The notes under the pieces are model-generated. The model made no database searches, was not told the DNA's origin, and was given only the letters and a program-made list of their open reading frames with translations. The translations under genes and the position numbers were made by a program. DNA of 64,000 nucleotides from an uncultured Candidatus Rokubacteria bacterium (GTDB lineage: Bacteria > Methylomirabilota > Methylomirabilia > Rokubacteriales > CSP1-6), in NCBI GenBank assembly GCA_963771355.1, contig CAVYTA010000006.1, forward strand, positions 352,001-416,000. The letters are read 5' to 3'. Below, piece after piece: positions 59,942 through 64,000 of the stretch (positions are counted from its first letter, which is position 1; each line of letters begins with the position of its first letter).

Positions 59942-60835
59942 TCAGCGGCGGCAGAGCTTGCGGAGGGCCGCCATGTCGGTGGAGGCGAGCGCCAGGGGCT
60001 CCATCGTCTGCCCGCCGCCGATCGCGTTCATGATGGCGGCGGTGTCCTCGACGTGACCCAGGCCGAGCGCATGCCCCAGCTCATGGGCGAGCACGAGGGT
60101 GAGGTCACGCTCGTCGTGGAACTCGAAGATCGTGATGGTGCGCCCGTCGTACTCGCCCTTGTGGAACTGGCGCGGCTCCCCGTAGAGCCCGTTGAAGGTG
60201 GCCACGCTCCGGTTGTGCGCCTGGGCGATGGCATTGCCCTTCTCGGCGAGAGCATTCACGGTGGCGGCGAGCTCGCCCAGCGTCGCCCGATCCGAGTCGA
60301 TCTGCCGCCGCGCGGCGTCCAGCCGAGCGCGCTCCGCTTCCAGCTCCGCCTGCGCGTCGCGGGGGGCACCGCCGCGCGCGTTCCACTCCTGCACGCGGGC
60401 GTTGTAGGCCTGCGCGCGCTCGGTGTACGCCACCTGCGCCGCCTCCAGGTCCCGGGCCCGCCCCTCGTAAGTCCGGCGCCACTGCGCGTAGGTCTGACCG
60501 GCGGAGGCATGGGATGTACGCGTCTCGCTCATGCTGGTCCGCAGGCGGCCCCCGGTCTGGGTCCGCTGCTGGCGCTCGTCGAAGACGAACTCCACGGTGA
60601 GCGTCGCGGTGGGCGTATGGGCGAAGAGCGTGCGGCCCAGCGCGCGCTCCCACATTCCCTCCGCGCGCCGTAGGGCCTCGCGCACCTCCTCCGGGCGGAG
60701 GCCGAAGCGCTCGTCGACGGTGCCGACGCGATAGGCCACCGGGTGGACGCAGGCGCCATAGCGCTGGGACCACAGGAGCGCGGCGACCACCGCCACCGCC
60801 CCCACCAGCCCCAGCCACAGCAGCTTCCGGCTCAT
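59942..60835 (-). CDS. Matrixin-family (metzincin) metalloprotease with coiled-coil insert, membrane-anchored
   Basis: N-terminal TM; HELGHALGLGH zinc motif; Met-turn AIMN. Confidence 0.88.
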   Translation of the reverse strand: MSRKLLWLGLVGAVAVVAALLWSQRYGACVHPVAYRVGTVDERFGLRPEEVREALRRAEGMWERALGRTLFAHTPTATLTVEFVFDERQQRTQTGGRLRTSMSETRTSHASAGQTYAQWRRTYEGRARDLEAAQVAYTERAQAYNARVQEWNARGGAPRDAQAELEAERARLDAARRQIDSDRATLGELAATVNALAEKGNAIAQAHNRSVATFNGLYGEPRQFHKGEYDGRTITIFEFHDERDLTLVLAHELGHALGLGHVEDTAAIMNAIGGGQTMEPLALASTDMAALRKLCRR

Positions 60836-60976
60836 GGCCTCGCGTGGTGCGAGGGCCGTGCCATCCGCCGAGGCCGCCAAACCCCTGTGAGAGCACGGGT
60901 TGTCGGGGCGTAACACTCGTGCCGAGGGCTCCGCCGCCCGCCGGATTGCCGAATCCTGTCCGGCCGCTGCCGCCTT

Positions 60977-61027
60977 CAGTCAGGGGGCGCGGGCAGTCAG
61001 CGCACGCGGGCAGTCAGGCGGCACGGG
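60977..61027. repeat. Three imperfect 17-bp direct repeats CAGTCAG-N6-CGGG
   Basis: CAGTCAG at 60977, 60994 and 61011; each unit ends in CGGG. Confidence 0.8.
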
Positions 61028-61057
61028 CCCTGGTCGCAGCCTGGCCCTGACTCGGCG

Positions 61058-61402
61058 CTAGCGGCCCGGCGTCACCGGCGGTGGCGGAGGCGGTGGGGGT
61101 GGCGGGGGCGGCGGCACCCGCGCAGATGGGCAGCGGAACACCTCCGCCTGGATCACCGTCAGGTCGTCGGAGCGGAACGAGAGCACCACGGTGTCGCCGC
61201 CCAGCCGCACCGCCTTCCGCCGCAGGTCCTTGAAGTTTTCGTCGGTCACATAGCCGATGCGCGTACAGCTCCGCGCCACGCCGGCGTCGGTGCTGATCCG
61301 CAGCCCCGCCATGGCGAGCCGCTCGGGGTCCTGCGCCGCCGCCGGCTGCACGACGGCGAGGGTGAGGGCGGGGGCGACGATCCAGAGAATCCGGAGACGC
61401 AT
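61058..61402 (-). CDS. Small secreted hypothetical protein with two Cys and a poly-Pro tail
   Basis: Signal peptide ending AAA-Q; SCTRIG...LRRKAVRLGGDTVV...VFRC; AAAGGA SD. Confidence 0.75.
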   Translation of the reverse strand: MRLRILWIVAPALTLAVVQPAAAQDPERLAMAGLRISTDAGVARSCTRIGYVTDENFKDLRRKAVRLGGDTVVLSFRSDDLTVIQAEVFRCPSARVPPPPPPPPPPPPPVTPGR

Positions 61403-61414
61403 GGCGGTCCTTTC

Positions 61415-61873
61415 CTAGAGCGGGATGGCGAGCAGGGTGTCGATGCGGGAGCTGTCGCAGACCACGACGCGCGCGCGGAAGCGGAGGGTGTCGCCCTCGT
61501 CCACGATCACGTCGAGGTAGCGGCCGGTGGCGAAGAGGTCCATCTGGCCGTCGCGTACGATGCGCACGACCAGGAACGGGGTCTCGAAGCGCAGCTCGCC
61601 CTCGGACTCGCCGAGCGGGGCGGGGAGTCCCACCAGATGCCGATAGGCCTGCCGCTCGAAGACGTTGGCCTCGCGCAAGGCGGCCACGCGGTCCTCGAGC
61701 ATGCCCTTGGAGTCCGCGAAGATGATGCCGGCGGGGAGCCCGCGGCGATGGTTCTCGGCGGTGGTGATGACGTAGAGGCAGGGCTCGGTGAAGAATCCCG
61801 GCCAGTCCTCGAGCCGGTCGTCATCGATGGCGCGCACGTAGTCGGCATTGAGCTGGGCGACGCGCTCGAGCAT
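61415..61873 (-). CDS. Aromatic ring-hydroxylating oxygenase beta subunit
   Basis: YVRAIDDDRLEDWPGFF, MLEDRV, ATGRYLD, CDSSRIDTLLAIPL. Confidence 0.92.
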   Translation of the reverse strand: MLERVAQLNADYVRAIDDDRLEDWPGFFTEPCLYVITTAENHRRGLPAGIIFADSKGMLEDRVAALREANVFERQAYRHLVGLPAPLGESEGELRFETPFLVVRIVRDGQMDLFATGRYLDVIVDEGDTLRFRARVVVCDSSRIDTLLAIPL

Positions 61874-61877
61874 CGCC

Positions 61878-63119
61878 TCAGTAGCCCATGTAGCGGCGAT
61901 ACGCCTTCCAGAAGCCGCGCACGGCGGCTTCGGTGGCCCGCGTGTCCTGCGACTCGGCGCCCTCGCCGCCCATGTTGATCACCGAGAGCGTGTCGCCGGC
62001 GGTGGCCACGCCGCGCTGGACGAAGCCCCCCACGCAGCCGTCTTCCATGGAGACATAGCCCGCCGGCCCCACCAGGTTGCCCTGCCGGAGCCGGCGCCGG
62101 CGCATCTCGGGCGTGTCATCGGTGAAGCCGAAGTAGATCCAGTGCAGCTCCATGGCATCGGGGCCCTTGGGGAGCACCTGGCGCACCGCGAGGGCGTTGT
62201 AGACCTGCTGGACCACGAGGCCGGGGAACACGGTGAGGATCTGGAGCTGGATGTCGTCGCCGAACTCCTTCACGGTGTCGAGCAGGCTCGGATCGTTGAG
62301 CCGGTAACGCGCCTTCTCGGAGCGAATGTCCTGATCGCGGTAGGCGCTGCTCTCCCGCTCGTCGCCCCGGTCGATGGTCGAGCTGGCATGGTGCGCGCCG
62401 TCGGGGCTCACCAGCACGCCGCCCCCCTGGGTGAGCCGCGTGATGTGGAAGGTGCTGAAGAAGGTGTGCAGGAGGCTCGCGTGGTAGGTGTCCTTCACGT
62501 TCTCCACGTAGAGCTTCCAGTTGTTGGGCAGGACCTGGACGAAGCGGCCGAGCACCTGGATGGGCTTGCCGAGCACGCGCGTGAGCCGCGCCCGCACCGC
62601 GTCGCCCAGGTATTCCTCCAGCGGCGGTGCCTCCGCCGACAGGCTGGCGAACACTAGGCCGCCCAGGGTGGCGGTGCGGAGCGCGCGCGGCCCGTGGTCG
62701 GCCTTACAGAAGGAATCCGGCATGCCGCCCCGCCCGTGTGCCCCCTTCTCGAACGCGACGCTCACCAGCTTGCCCTCGAGATCGTAGCTCCACGCGTGAT
62801 ACACGCACTGGAAGCGCTTGCCGGCATTGCCCGTGTCGTCGAGCGCGATGAGCGCGCCGCGATGGGCGCAGCGGTTCTCGAAGGCGTGGATCTCGCCCGT
62901 CTCCCCCCGCACCACGACGACCGGCATCTCGCCCACGAAGGTGGTGCGGTAGTCGCCCGCCCGCGGGAGATCGGACTCGAGGGCCACGTAATTCCACACT
63001 GGACCCTCGAAGATGCGGCGGAGCTCCTCGCGATAGTTGGCGTCGTCCTGATAGACCCAGTAGGGAACGCGCGCGAGAGTCGAGCCGGGCCATTCGCGTC
63101 GGGGTTGAGCAGTCGTCAT
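61878..63119 (-). CDS. Rieske aromatic ring-hydroxylating oxygenase alpha subunit (salicylate 5-hydroxylase/anthranilate dioxygenase AndAc-like)
   Basis: NRCAHRG...CVYHAWSY Rieske motif; [18 protein letters not shown]; start ATG 63119. Confidence 0.93.
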   Translation of the reverse strand: MTTAQPRREWPGSTLARVPYWVYQDDANYREELRRIFEGPVWNYVALESDLPRAGDYRTTFVGEMPVVVVRGETGEIHAFENRCAHRGALIALDDTGNAGKRFQCVYHAWSYDLEGKLVSVAFEKGAHGRGGMPDSFCKADHGPRALRTATLGGLVFASLSAEAPPLEEYLGDAVRARLTRVLGKPIQVLGRFVQVLPNNWKLYVENVKDTYHASLLHTFFSTFHITRLTQGGGVLVSPDGAHHASSTIDRGDERESSAYRDQDIRSEKARYRLNDPSLLDTVKEFGDDIQLQILTVFPGLVVQQVYNALAVRQVLPKGPDAMELHWIYFGFTDDTPEMRRRRLRQGNLVGPAGYVSMEDGCVGGFVQRGVATAGDTLSVINMGGEGAESQDTRATEAAVRGFWKAYRRYMGY

Positions 63120-63154
63120 GACGTCTTGCCGGGAGGATAGCACGTCATCCGGCG

Positions 63155-63982
63155 TCAGAGGTGCGCGCCGCAGTACTTGCAGTGGGTCGCGTCGACGTCG
63201 TGTCCTTCGGCGCCGCAGGCCGGGCATGCCTGGCGGGAGACGGCGCGACCGGTCCTGGCCATCTCCACCGACACGATACCGGTGGGGACCGCGATGATGG
63301 CGTAGCCGAGGATCATCAGGACCGACGCCAGCAACTGGCCGACCGTAGTCCTCGGCGCGATGTCGCCGTAGCCCACGGTCGTCATCGTCACCACCGCCCA
63401 GTACATGCTCGTCGGGATGCTGGTGAAGCCGTGCTCCTCCCCCTCGACCAGGTACATGAGCGCGCCCATGACCACGACGATGGTCACGACGCCCCCGAGA
63501 AACACGGTGATCTTCCGGCGGCTCGCGCGCAGAGCCAGAACGAGCTGCTGAGCCTCGCCAAGGAAGTGGGCGAGCTTGAGGATCCGGAACACTCGCAGCA
63601 GCCGGACGGTGCGGATGACCATCAGCGATTGGGCCTGGGGCAAGGCCAGCGCCAGGTAGGTCGGCACGACGGCCAGGAAGTCCACGACGCCGAAGAAGCT
63701 GCGGGCGTAGCGCCACGGACGGTCGACCGCCACGAGCCGCAGCGCATATTCGATGGTGAAGACGACGGTGACCGTCCACTCCACCGCCCGGAGCACCCCA
63801 CCGTACTCGCGCCTGATGCTGGCCACGCTCTCCAGCATCACGGCGATGACACTCACCAGGATGGCGACTAGCAGGCAGACGTCGAACGCCCGGCCGGCGG
63901 GGGTGTCGGCCTCGAAGATCACCTCATGCAGGCGCGCGCGCCAGCGGGATCGAGTGGCCAGCCGGTCCGCGGAGATGGTCAC
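63155..63982 (-). CDS. Voltage-gated potassium channel-type ion transporter with C-terminal zinc ribbon
   Basis: S4-like [13 protein letters not shown], filter TTVGYGD, CPAC...CKYC. Confidence 0.93.
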   Translation of the reverse strand: MTISADRLATRSRWRARLHEVIFEADTPAGRAFDVCLLVAILVSVIAVMLESVASIRREYGGVLRAVEWTVTVVFTIEYALRLVAVDRPWRYARSFFGVVDFLAVVPTYLALALPQAQSLMVIRTVRLLRVFRILKLAHFLGEAQQLVLALRASRRKITVFLGGVVTIVVVMGALMYLVEGEEHGFTSIPTSMYWAVVTMTTVGYGDIAPRTTVGQLLASVLMILGYAIIAVPTGIVSVEMARTGRAVSRQACPACGAEGHDVDATHCKYCGAHL

Positions 63983-64000
63983 GCGCCCATCGTAGCGTGA

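Noticed and set aside
58109..63119. A RiPP or other biosynthetic cluster (PAL-like NHL protein, HDO, protease, small secreted protein)
   Set aside because: Genes are in mixed orientations, there is no precursor-like peptide or dedicated exporter, and no coherent pathway logic is visible.

Overview
This is a very GC-rich, gene-dense 64 kb bacterial chromosomal segment with about 55 protein genes. I see no rRNA, tRNA, CRISPR array, transposase or phage genes. The content is mostly accessory catabolism and redox: six luciferase-like (LLM) flavin/F420 oxidoreductases, amidohydrolases, a P450, a Rieske oxygenase alpha/beta pair, a TauD/TfdA dioxygenase, a heme-oxygenase-like diiron protein, two short MetE-like proteins, Liv-type ABC, TRAP and MFS transporters, thioredoxin-fold proteins and sensor kinases. 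This resembles Candidatus Rokubacteria (Methylomirabilota), which is inference from gene content only. Two signals are missed by the ORF track. (1) A probable selenoprotein at 54673-55773 has an in-frame TGA in a WASW-U-GC redoxin motif, followed by a bacterial SECIS-like hairpin. (2) A structured, switch-like 5' leader (about 31980-32100) lies upstream of an ankyrin-repeat gene; its two mutually exclusive folds expose or hide the Shine-Dalgarno sequence. Four genes carry single-base +1 frameshifts, most likely assembly errors, and one of these creates a false AKR-P450 fusion. Several genes appear leaderless. All family calls come from motif recognition by eye; no searches were run.
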